DNA from: Candidatus Poribacteria bacterium
GTDB lineage: Bacteria > Poribacteria > WGA-4E > UBA9662
Direction: 5' to 3'
DNA length: 32,000 bases
Assembly: GCA_002709695.1 (NCBI GenBank)
Contig: PAQF01000086.1
Coordinates: forward strand, 38,516-70,515
This document shows positions 18,417 to 26,332 of this stretch, in pieces. Within the stretch, counting starts at the first letter, position 1; each line of letters opens with the position of its first letter. The notes beneath the pieces are model-generated. The model was not told the DNA's origin and made no database searches. It worked only from the letters and a program-made list of their open reading frames with translations. The translations under genes and the position numbers were made by a program.

Positions 18417-19478
18417 TCACATTTTTAATTTTTCGCCAACTCGGACAACATCTTCAAGTGCGCTAATTCCATCAGACTCAAACTTGACGAGTTTCTTAAG
18501 GAGTTTAATGGATGCTTTGCTACGTAATTTAAACTCCTTTTCTTGTGTTTGACAATTTTTTCCAAAGGCAGGTATTTTCAGAATAAATCGTCGTTTCGTC
18601 AACTGTGAATTTGTTGCAATGGAGCTTTGTGTAGGAAGGGTAGTCTGTAGGGATTCTAAAAGTTTTACGACATTTCGATAGGCAATTGCAGCTCTGTCTA
18701 GGTGTTCAAGCTCTTCTTCTTCAAAATCTTTGCGGACAAATTCAATATATGAAACTGCTGCTTTTCTTCCTTCAAGGCATTGTAGAAGCAATTCTCTATT
18801 CCATTTAGCAATTTCGTGTCTTTTTCCGGTATCCTGTTGTTGATCTGTGAGTTTTTGCATATGAGAGATCAATTCTTCATAGGCAGATATTCCCATTTTA
18901 CAACCACTAATTTTCCGACGAGATCTCATCAGCTTACTCGCACTTCGAAAAGTACCTAGTGCCATTTCGCGTTCTTTTGGCCGGTAGGGTCTACCTCCAA
19001 CAACAAACTGGTAATATCCACGAAGCCCCATTTCCAAAAGCCCATCAAGTTTTTGCCATTTTTCCTGTAATTGATCAAAGCTAAATTCGTATCGGTGACC
19101 ATTTTGGCAGACAACAGTATTTGGATTATCATTTTCAATTAAGAAAGAACATCCGTCTGAAAGTGGTATTAGTGCTGTTTTGCCGAGTTGGACATTGTTC
19201 TGCAATCGATCCCATGCAGCTTGGAAAGTGTTATCGTATATCATTTCGTGTTCAAAACCTAGTGCTTTGGAAGCGGCACGTAGTGGATTATAAAAAGTGG
19301 TATGCATTCCTTTATTCGATTGTTGGCGGTTATAAAAAAAACGAAATGCTTCACCTGAAATTCCCATCAAATAAGAGAATGAAATTTCTTCTTTTCGGTG
19401 TTTAAAAGCTTCATGAATAATATGGATAGAGTCATCCGGTTTGGGGGTTTCTGTCAGCGATTCAGTATCTGAGTTCAT
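18417..19478 (-). CDS. Hypothetical protein (353 aa), family unrecognised; a BtrH_N/DUF4872-like fold is a weak guess
   Basis: Long ORF with AGGAG 7 nt upstream of the ATG, ending 69 nt upstream of the ABC exporter on the same strand. The N-terminal half ('ISFSYLMGISGEAFRFFY...ALGFEHEMIY...LGKTALIPLSDGC...GHRYEF') loosely recalls papain-like BtrH_N domains but lacks an obvious N-terminal catalytic Cys. The C-terminal half is helical and Lys-rich. Confidence 0.7.
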   Translation of the reverse strand: MNSDTESLTETPKPDDSIHIIHEAFKHRKEEISFSYLMGISGEAFRFFYNRQQSNKGMHTTFYNPLRAASKALGFEHEMIYDNTFQAAWDRLQNNVQLGKTALIPLSDGCSFLIENDNPNTVVCQNGHRYEFSFDQLQEKWQKLDGLLEMGLRGYYQFVVGGRPYRPKEREMALGTFRSASKLMRSRRKISGCKMGISAYEELISHMQKLTDQQQDTGKRHEIAKWNRELLLQCLEGRKAAVSYIEFVRKDFEEEELEHLDRAAIAYRNVVKLLESLQTTLPTQSSIATNSQLTKRRFILKIPAFGKNCQTQEKEFKLRSKASIKLLKKLVKFESDGISALEDVVRVGEKLKM

Positions 19479-19859
19479 GTGAAATCTCCTAATTACCTTC
19501 TTGTAAAATACCGAGGGCTACTATGCATAGATTATAGAAAATCCTTGCTAAGGGAACGCATAGGGAGTAGTATTGTTTCATTTTTTATGTTTTGATCTTT
19601 GGTTGCTAAGGCGAAAATCGGTATTACTGTGTAAGCCCAACCCAATTAACCCTCAATCGAAGAATGTTAGCCAAATTTCTTTAATCACTGATACGAAGAC
19701 GAAGATTAGTTTATACAAAGTCTAAAATCAGCAACCCAAGTGATCCTCCTTTTAAGTTTAAGCGAATTTCATGAAGAAGCTCAGACTGTTCTTAATTCTA
19801 TTAGAAATTTTTTTACGGACAGTTTAAGGGCTCAAAGGTTCACCAGTAAAATAGGGAAT

Positions 19860-19888
19860 TTGACAAAATAGCTGAGTTTATCTAAAAT
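19860..19888 (+). promoter_or_regulatory. Near-consensus sigma70 promoter for the SDR-Gfo/Idh/MocA gene pair
   Basis: TTGACA (19860-19865), 17-nt spacer aaatagctgagtttatc, then TAAAAT (19883-19888). The predicted TSS is near 19895, giving a ~175-nt leader before ATG 20071. Confidence 0.55.
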
Positions 19889-19931
19889 CTCTATCTAGTT
19901 GGGATTGATCGAAGAGATGATGTAAATTCTT

Positions 19932-19969
19932 CCCAAATGTTTTTCTGTACCCAAATGTTTTTCTGTACC
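19932..19969. repeat. Perfect tandem direct repeat, 18-bp unit CCCAAATGTTTTTCTGTA x2 plus 2 nt of a third copy
   Basis: Read directly: 19932-19949 and 19950-19967 are identical, followed by CC. It lies inside the predicted leader between the promoter and the SDR start codon. Confidence 0.95.
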
Positions 19970-20070
19970 TCAGCTTTATTATAAAAGAATTACTAGTTTC
20001 AGCAGTCATCACTGCAACCTCGGATAGTGGAAGATAGCATTAAACAATCGTACAATCATTAGGAGATATT

Positions 20071-20895
20071 ATGATACAAGATCAGGGGTTTTTTTCCAAA
20101 AATGTATTACTTGAAGGTAAAAGTGCAGTTGTTACCGGATCTAGTCGTGGTATTGGTCGTGCAATAGCACTCGAGTTAGCACGCCAAGGTTGCGATGTTT
20201 TAGTTAACTATAGTAGAAATCAATCGGCCGCGACTGAGGTGCAACAGGAAATCATTCAACAGGGGAGAAAATCTATAATCTTTCAAGCGGATGTTGGTAA
20301 CTTAAGCCACCATCAACCTTTAATTGAGGCTGCAATTGATGCGTTTGGGAAAGTTGATTTGCTTGTCAATAACGCAGGTATTACAATCATTTCTGATGTT
20401 CTAGCGGAATCAGAACAAGATTATGATACTGTAATGAACGTTAATCTCAAAGGCCCCCATTTTTTGACACAGCGTTGTGCAAATTACATGATCGAGGAGA
20501 AAATCAAAGGTTGTATCATCTACACGCTTTCGATATCCGATACGTTAGCTTCTGATAATCGGGCTGCTTATTGCATGTCAAAGGCCGGATTAGAGATGGG
20601 TATGAAAGTTTATGCTGGGCGTCTTATTGAAAAAGGTATCAAGGTCAACGGTGTTGAAGTTGGTGTAACCAACACGGACCTTGCTCGTGTAAGAATCCCT
20701 GATTACATTGAGGCCTCAGAAAAAGGGTATATCACCATGTTTCGCCCAGGAGAACCGGAAGACGTGGCAAATGCTGTAATCGCAGGAATTAAGATTTACG
20801 ACACTGGTGTGATGATTCCATGTACAGGTGGTGTAATGACACCTTTGTTAAATCTACGTAACATGACGTCACTTAATAGTAATCAAACTGAATGA
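20071..20895 (+). CDS. Short-chain dehydrogenase/reductase (FabG-like SDR)
   Basis: Cofactor motif 'VVTGSSRGIGRAIA', 'NNAG' and the catalytic 'YCMSKAG' (YxxxK). AGGAG lies 5 nt upstream of the ATG. Confidence 0.9.
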   Translation: MIQDQGFFSKNVLLEGKSAVVTGSSRGIGRAIALELARQGCDVLVNYSRNQSAATEVQQEIIQQGRKSIIFQADVGNLSHHQPLIEAAIDAFGKVDLLVNNAGITIISDVLAESEQDYDTVMNVNLKGPHFLTQRCANYMIEEKIKGCIIYTLSISDTLASDNRAAYCMSKAGLEMGMKVYAGRLIEKGIKVNGVEVGVTNTDLARVRIPDYIEASEKGYITMFRPGEPEDVANAVIAGIKIYDTGVMIPCTGGVMTPLLNLRNMTSLNSNQTE

Positions 20896-20913
20896 AAACA
20901 GGATAGGAATTCA

Positions 20914-21915
20914 ATGATGGATAAAACAGTCAGGCTTGGTTTTATCGGGTGTGGTGGGAATTCGCGTGGGCATGGACGAAGTATTCTCGGTGTTGAAGGG
21001 ACGGAAATTGTTGGCCTCACTGATGTAAGTCAAGATGCCTTGGATGCATTTAAAGAAGTTGTTGGTTTTGAAAATGATGTGCCAACCTTTAGTCACCATC
21101 GGGAGATGTTGTCCGCCGTTCAACCTGATGCTGTCGTTATTAGTACACCCCATACACTACATTTTGAGCAGATTATGGATTCGCTTGATGCTGATTGCCA
21201 TGTTCATACAGAAAAACCGATGGTATGCACCGTTGATCATGCTAAGCAGGTGATTGATAAAGTTGAGGAGACTGAGAAACATCTGATGATAGGTTATCAA
21301 CGTCACTTACAGTCGGCTTATGTATATTGCCGTAACGTTGTGCAAAGCGAAGAATTGGGGAAAGCAAATTTTGTCACTGCACACCAGTGTCAAAACTGGT
21401 ATCGTAACCAACAAGGAAAATGGCGTCAGAGCTTATCCTTGAGTGGAGGAGGACAATTGAATGATTCCGGTAGCCATCTCATAGATATTTTACTGTGGAT
21501 TCTGGAAGCCAGCCCCAGTGAAGTATATGCAATGATGGATTATAAGAATTGTGAGGTTGATATTCTGACAGCTATGTCTATCAAGTTTGATACCGGAGCT
21601 CTGTGCAATATTAGTGTTGTTGGACATGCCGTTGGTAGTATGCATGAAGATTTCACCATTTGGCTCGAAAATGGCACACTTTTCGTTCGAGAGGGTAAGG
21701 TCTATCGAGAAGAACAGGGAACAGGTCGAATAGAAGTGGAACAAGAAAATCTACCACAGTCAGAAAATAAAGATCAAGCTTTCGTAAGACTAATTCGTGG
21801 GCAACGCACTGAGAACCCGATTGATGCCAGAAATGGGCTTCGGGTTATTCAGCTGACTGAGGCTGCATGGGAATCAGCGGAAAGAAATCGGCCTGTAAAA
21901 GTTGATTTGGGTTGA
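20914..21915 (+). CDS. Gfo/Idh/MocA-family NAD(P)-dependent oxidoreductase
   Basis: N-terminal Rossmann motif 'VRLGFIGCGGNSRGH', 'AVVISTPHTLHFEQ' and the family-typical 'EKPM' motif ('HVHTEKPMVCT'). It starts 18 nt downstream of the SDR gene. Confidence 0.9.
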   Translation: MMDKTVRLGFIGCGGNSRGHGRSILGVEGTEIVGLTDVSQDALDAFKEVVGFENDVPTFSHHREMLSAVQPDAVVISTPHTLHFEQIMDSLDADCHVHTEKPMVCTVDHAKQVIDKVEETEKHLMIGYQRHLQSAYVYCRNVVQSEELGKANFVTAHQCQNWYRNQQGKWRQSLSLSGGGQLNDSGSHLIDILLWILEASPSEVYAMMDYKNCEVDILTAMSIKFDTGALCNISVVGHAVGSMHEDFTIWLENGTLFVREGKVYREEQGTGRIEVEQENLPQSENKDQAFVRLIRGQRTENPIDARNGLRVIQLTEAAWESAERNRPVKVDLG

Positions 21916-21990
21916 ATAATCATCTTGTAATTTATTGTCACAAGAAATTAAAAATAAGCGAATTGTTCTTTAATTTGGGTCCTTATATAG

Positions 21991-22683
21991 ATGCTTGATG
22001 TTCAAAATCTTTCCAAAGTTAGTGGAAAGAAATCGTTGCTGACGGGGCTAACTTTCCGTCTAGATGCGGGTAATCGGCTTGGCATATTGGGTAGAAACGG
22101 ATCAGGAAAGACACTTCTAATTGAGATATTGGCGACATTGGTTCGCCCAACATCAGGAAAAATTGAAATTAATGGTGTCGATGTGTATTCGAACCTTGGC
22201 CAAATTCGACCGTTAATTGGTTACGTCCCTAACACTTTTGAAGGATATCCCTATCTTACAGTACTGCAGTACCTCGATTTTTTTGCTTCCGCATATAAAT
22301 TTGAGAAGAGACAAATACCTTCAACTGTTAGGAATGTGCTGGATCTAATGGATCTATCTGAGTTTAGTGAGGAAAAAATATCTAAGCTCTCATTTGGACA
22401 GAGGCATCGATTGTTATTGGCTAAGACATTTTTTTCCAATCCAGATATTTGGTTGCTTGATAGTCCAATTTCAGCATTGGACCCACGTGGGCAGATTGAA
22501 CTTACTGATTTAATTACTGAGCTAAGTTTAATGGGTAAGGTCATTGTGATGGCAACAAATTCCGTGGCAGAGGTGGAAAAGAATTGTGAATTTGTAGCGA
22601 TTCTTAACCAATCAAAATTCGCGTTTTTAGGGAGCATTCCGGATAATTTGGAAAGTCTATTTGTTGAGATAACCGCTGTATAA
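21991..22683 (+). CDS. ABC-type ATP-binding protein (stand-alone NBD) with degenerate catalytic motifs
   Basis: Walker A 'GRNGSGKT' is intact. The Q-loop reads 'IGYVPN' (Q to N), the signature reads 'LSFGQRHRL', Walker B reads 'IWLLDSP' (catalytic E to S), the D-loop reads 'SALD', and the H-loop position reads 'VMATNS' (H to N). There is no obvious SD. Confidence 0.85.
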   Translation: MLDVQNLSKVSGKKSLLTGLTFRLDAGNRLGILGRNGSGKTLLIEILATLVRPTSGKIEINGVDVYSNLGQIRPLIGYVPNTFEGYPYLTVLQYLDFFASAYKFEKRQIPSTVRNVLDLMDLSEFSEEKISKLSFGQRHRLLLAKTFFSNPDIWLLDSPISALDPRGQIELTDLITELSLMGKVIVMATNSVAEVEKNCEFVAILNQSKFAFLGSIPDNLESLFVEITAV

Positions 22684-22698
22684 ACATCTTAGAATCCA

Positions 22699-22727
22699 TT
22701 GAGATTTCGGTGTTCTTGTGCTACTAT
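22699..22727 (+). promoter_or_regulatory. Candidate sigma70-type promoter for acnA
   Basis: TTGAGA (22699-22704), 17-nt spacer, then TACTAT (22722-22727). This lies about 43 nt upstream of ATG 22770. It is a moderate match only. Confidence 0.35.
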
Positions 22728-22769
22728 TACTGCTTTTGATTAAGCATACAAAGTGTTTGGAGTCAAATA

Positions 22770-25457
22770 ATGCATAATTTGTTCAACTCGCTTAAATCAT
22801 TTGAAAGCGATGGCAGGCAAATTCAGTACTATTCATTGCCAGAACTTGAAAATCAGGGAATTGGTAAGATTTCGAGGTTGCCAATTAGTATTCGAATTTT
22901 ACTTGAGGCACTGTTGCGAAATTACGATAACGAAGTTATTGTTGAACAGGATATTATAGATATCGCAACTTGGGAGCCTGTCAAACCAAAGGCCACGGAA
23001 ATTCCATTTAAACCTGCAAGGGTAGTTGCCCAGGATTTTACGGGAGTACCATTATTAGTTGATCTAGCAGCAATGCGGTCGACTGTTAAGGAACTCGGTG
23101 GTAATCCCAAGATTATTGAACCTCTGATTCCAGTTAACCTTGTTATTGATCATTCCATTCAGGTTGACGCTTATGGGTCAAATGAGGCATTGGGTATTAA
23201 TACACGAATCGAGTTTGAACGAAATAAGGAGCGGTACGAATTTCTTAAGTGGGGACAACGAGCATTTGAGAAGTTTACAGTTATTCCACCCTCAACTGGA
23301 ATTGTTCATCAAGTGAATTTAGAGTACCTGGCTGAAGTTGTGGTGACTGATGAAAGTGTTGGAGGTTCGGTTGCTTACCCTGATACTCTTGTCGGAACAG
23401 ATTCTCATACCACAATGATTAATGGTCTAGGTATTGTTGGGTGGGGTGTTGGCGGTATTGAAGCGGAAGCTGCAATGCTGGGGCAACCAGTTTACATCCT
23501 TACTCCCGAAGTCGTGGGTGTAAATTTGACAGGATCACTTAAGGAAGGAATCACAGCAACAGATTTGGTCTTAACTGTTACTCAGAAGCTAAGAGAGACT
23601 CAAGTTGTTGGAAAATTTGTTGAATTTTTTGGTGAAGGAGTTGGAACCCTTTCGCTTCCTGATCGTGCCACGATATCGAATATGTGCCCTGAATATGGGG
23701 CAACTATTGGTTTTTTTCCAGCAGATAGTGAGTCGATCCGGTATCTTGAATTGACAGGTCGCGAAGATAAGAAAGTCCGTCTAATTGAAAATTATCTCAA
23801 GCATCAGAAACTATTCGGCATTCCCAAAGATGGTGAAATTGACTATAGTCAGAAACTTGAGATTGATCTAAGTGGTATTGAGCCATCGATTGCTGGTCCC
23901 AAAAGGCCTCAAGATCGAATAGTATTATCAAAGGTTAAGAATACGTTTCATAAGCTGTTAAGTGAACCTGTTTCGGATGGGGGGTTTGGTTTGAATGACG
24001 AAGAAGTCAGTCAAATACCAGATCAAAGAACTGGGATTTCGCATGGTTCCATTGTTATTTCAGCAATTACGAGTTGTACAAACACAAGCAACCCATCTGT
24101 AATGATTGCCTCCGGGCTTTTAGCTAAGAAAGCTGTTGAGATTGGATTAAGCGTTCCAGATTATGTTAAGACTAGTTTGGCGCCTGGCTCTCGCGTTGTT
24201 ACAGAATATCTAAGGGCCACTGGATTATTGCCTTATCTTGAAAAATTAGGATTTAATGTAGTAGGGTATGGATGTACAACTTGTATTGGTAATAGCGGTC
24301 CGTTAGAGGAAGAAATCCAGCAGGCTATTCAGGAATCTGGTTTGGTTACGGCCAGTGTCTTATCTGGTAACAGAAACTTCGAGGCGCGGGTCCATCGGGA
24401 TGTAAAGGCGAGTTTCCTCATGTCTCCGCCCTTAGTAGTTGCCTATGCGATCGCTGGCGAAATTGGTATTGATTTAACTACAGAGCCACTTGGAACTGAT
24501 GATAGTGGAACTGAGGTATATCTCTCTGACATTTGGCCGACTCAACAAGAAATAGCGGATCTTATTTCTTTGGCCCTTAACTCTGAGACCTTCAGCCGAC
24601 TTTACTCTGAAATTGACAGTCAGGCTCCAGAGTGGGACAGTCTTGAAGTGCCGACTGGAGAAATCTATGCCTGGAATGATAAAAGCACTTACATTCAGAA
24701 ACCTCCTTTCTTTGAGGATTTTAGGCTTCAGGTAGATCCCATTGTGGAAATTGCAAACGCACGTATCTTAGCACTTTTTGGTGATTCTGTGACAACGGAT
24801 CATATTTCTCCTGCTGGAATGATTGCCGCGCAAAGCCCAGCGGGAAAACACTTGATTAACCAAGGTGTTGAACAACGTGATTTTAATTCTTATGGATCCA
24901 GGCGTGGAAATGACCAAGTGATGACACGTGGAACTTTCGCTAATAATCGAATTAAAAACTTAATGTTAGCTGATGATGTTGAAGGAGGTTATACTAAGTT
25001 TTTTCCTGGTGAAGAACATACCACAATTTATGAAGCATCTAGGAATTACCTTGGAACTCAAACACCAATGGTCATTTTTGCGGGCAAAGAGTATGGGTGT
25101 GGTAGTTCTCGTGATTGGGCTGCTAAGGGACCAAAATTGCTTGGTGTTGTGGCTGTAGTAGCGGAAAGTTATGAACGAATCCATCGGAGCAACTTGATTG
25201 GAATGGGAATTCTGCCCCTACAGTTTCAGGATGGTGATAATATTAAATCCCTTGAACTTACAGGTGCAGAAGTAATAAGTATACTCAATATATCCGATGA
25301 TTTAGAGCCACAACAGGAAGTTACTATCCAGATTGTTAACGAATCTGGCTCGAATCGTCAGATCCAGGCCTTAGTCCGAATAGATACACCGATTGAGGTA
25401 GAATATTATCGCCATGGTGGTATTTTGGATTATGTGATTCGCGGTTTAATGAAGTAG
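22770..25457 (+). CDS. acnA: Aconitate hydratase A (aconitase/IRP family)
   Basis: 895 aa with '[14 protein letters not shown]', '[10 protein letters not shown]', '[11 protein letters not shown]' (Fe-S cluster Cys ligands), '[10 protein letters not shown]' and '[10 protein letters not shown]'. Confidence 0.95.
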   Translation: MHNLFNSLKSFESDGRQIQYYSLPELENQGIGKISRLPISIRILLEALLRNYDNEVIVEQDIIDIATWEPVKPKATEIPFKPARVVAQDFTGVPLLVDLAAMRSTVKELGGNPKIIEPLIPVNLVIDHSIQVDAYGSNEALGINTRIEFERNKERYEFLKWGQRAFEKFTVIPPSTGIVHQVNLEYLAEVVVTDESVGGSVAYPDTLVGTDSHTTMINGLGIVGWGVGGIEAEAAMLGQPVYILTPEVVGVNLTGSLKEGITATDLVLTVTQKLRETQVVGKFVEFFGEGVGTLSLPDRATISNMCPEYGATIGFFPADSESIRYLELTGREDKKVRLIENYLKHQKLFGIPKDGEIDYSQKLEIDLSGIEPSIAGPKRPQDRIVLSKVKNTFHKLLSEPVSDGGFGLNDEEVSQIPDQRTGISHGSIVISAITSCTNTSNPSVMIASGLLAKKAVEIGLSVPDYVKTSLAPGSRVVTEYLRATGLLPYLEKLGFNVVGYGCTTCIGNSGPLEEEIQQAIQESGLVTASVLSGNRNFEARVHRDVKASFLMSPPLVVAYAIAGEIGIDLTTEPLGTDDSGTEVYLSDIWPTQQEIADLISLALNSETFSRLYSEIDSQAPEWDSLEVPTGEIYAWNDKSTYIQKPPFFEDFRLQVDPIVEIANARILALFGDSVTTDHISPAGMIAAQSPAGKHLINQGVEQRDFNSYGSRRGNDQVMTRGTFANNRIKNLMLADDVEGGYTKFFPGEEHTTIYEASRNYLGTQTPMVIFAGKEYGCGSSRDWAAKGPKLLGVVAVVAESYERIHRSNLIGMGILPLQFQDGDNIKSLELTGAEVISILNISDDLEPQQEVTIQIVNESGSNRQIQALVRIDTPIEVEYYRHGGILDYVIRGLMK

Positions 25458-25465
25458 GCTGATGC

Positions 25466-26332
25466 TTGGTTGCTCTGATCTTGCACGTAGTACTTTCCTC
25501 TGCCTTTGGGATATTGCTCAAATATGCAAAGGATCGTGGCCATCGCTTAGATCCTATTGGTTTCATAAATTATTTGGTTGCATTGTTAATTGCGATTTGG
25601 TCGATGGTGCAGTTGGATAGTTTCAGTTTCTCCGTTTTGACGACAGGACTTGGGATAACTAATGGGGTTACTTATGCGCTTGGATTCTTCTTATGGAAAG
25701 TCGCCGTTCAAGTCAGTGGTGTTGTTGTTACCACAGCCATACTGCGACTTTCAATGGTCATACCGATTACCTTTGCAATTCTGGTTTGGCATGAAGTGCC
25801 CAATACATGGCAAATCTTAGGGATTTTCCTCACTTGCACCGCACTCCCTCTTCTAACCACAAATGATCCTATAGAAGTAGCTCCCCGCAGCATATCGACA
25901 GCCACAGGTGGTCTAGGGGCAATTGTTGTGTTCCTTACGTTTGCGAATGCTGGTGTCGGTCGTCTTATGATGAAGATTTTCAATGAAACTTGCTCTGTAG
26001 ATGAAAAGCCGTTTTATTTGTTTTTCCTGTTTGGTGTAACAACGTTTGTTTTCGCTATTGTCTGTAATCATCAGAAGATTATACCAACATATTGGGAGTA
26101 TATCTTTGGTATCTTGGTTGGTGTTTCCAATTTTTCCCAAAGTGTTACGTTCTTAGTGGCATTGGATTCTATAGATGCTCTGATTGTTTTCCCTGTATCA
26201 GCTGCCAGTAGTGTTCTATTTACTACACTTGTCGGGGTCGTTTTCCTTAAGGAAAAGTTGCATAAAAAATCGATAATTGGAATTATCTTGGCAGTTATTG
26301 CCCTTATATTTGTCAATCTGAAGAATGCATGA
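25466..26332 (+). CDS. Polytopic membrane protein, probable DMT/EamA-like transporter
   Basis: 288 aa, almost entirely hydrophobic, with about 10 predicted helices in two similar halves. The family call is weak. It has a TTG start with no clear SD, and its end overlaps the next gene by 8 nt. Confidence 0.7.
   Translation: MVALILHVVLSSAFGILLKYAKDRGHRLDPIGFINYLVALLIAIWSMVQLDSFSFSVLTTGLGITNGVTYALGFFLWKVAVQVSGVVVTTAILRLSMVIPITFAILVWHEVPNTWQILGIFLTCTALPLLTTNDPIEVAPRSISTATGGLGAIVVFLTFANAGVGRLMMKIFNETCSVDEKPFYLFFLFGVTTFVFAIVCNHQKIIPTYWEYIFGILVGVSNFSQSVTFLVALDSIDALIVFPVSAASSVLFTTLVGVVFLKEKLHKKSIIGIILAVIALIFVNLKNA

Noticed and set aside
19597-19740. An inverted repeat, CTTTGGTTGCT / AGCAACCCAAG (10 of 11 bp), enclosing ~120 nt in the long intergenic region.
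   Set aside because: My rough expectation for a 10/11 match among all position pairs in ~600 bp is about one, so it is not significant on its own.
19771-19827. An 18-codon ORF encoding a hydrophobic peptide, MKKLRLFLILLEIFLRTV, which could be a leader peptide or a type I toxin.
   Set aside because: It has no SD and lies upstream of the only good promoter on that strand. The length and composition are easily produced by chance in AT-rich DNA.
21923-21945. A hairpin, TCTTGT-11 nt-ACAAGA, after the Gfo/Idh/MocA stop, considered as a terminator.
   Set aside because: The stem is only 6 bp. It is followed by an A-rich tract rather than a T-rich one on the coding strand, so it is not convincing.
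22251-22637. A 128-aa minus-strand ORF.
   Set aside because: It is entirely antisense to the ABC ATPase CDS and has no motifs, so it is a shadow ORF.
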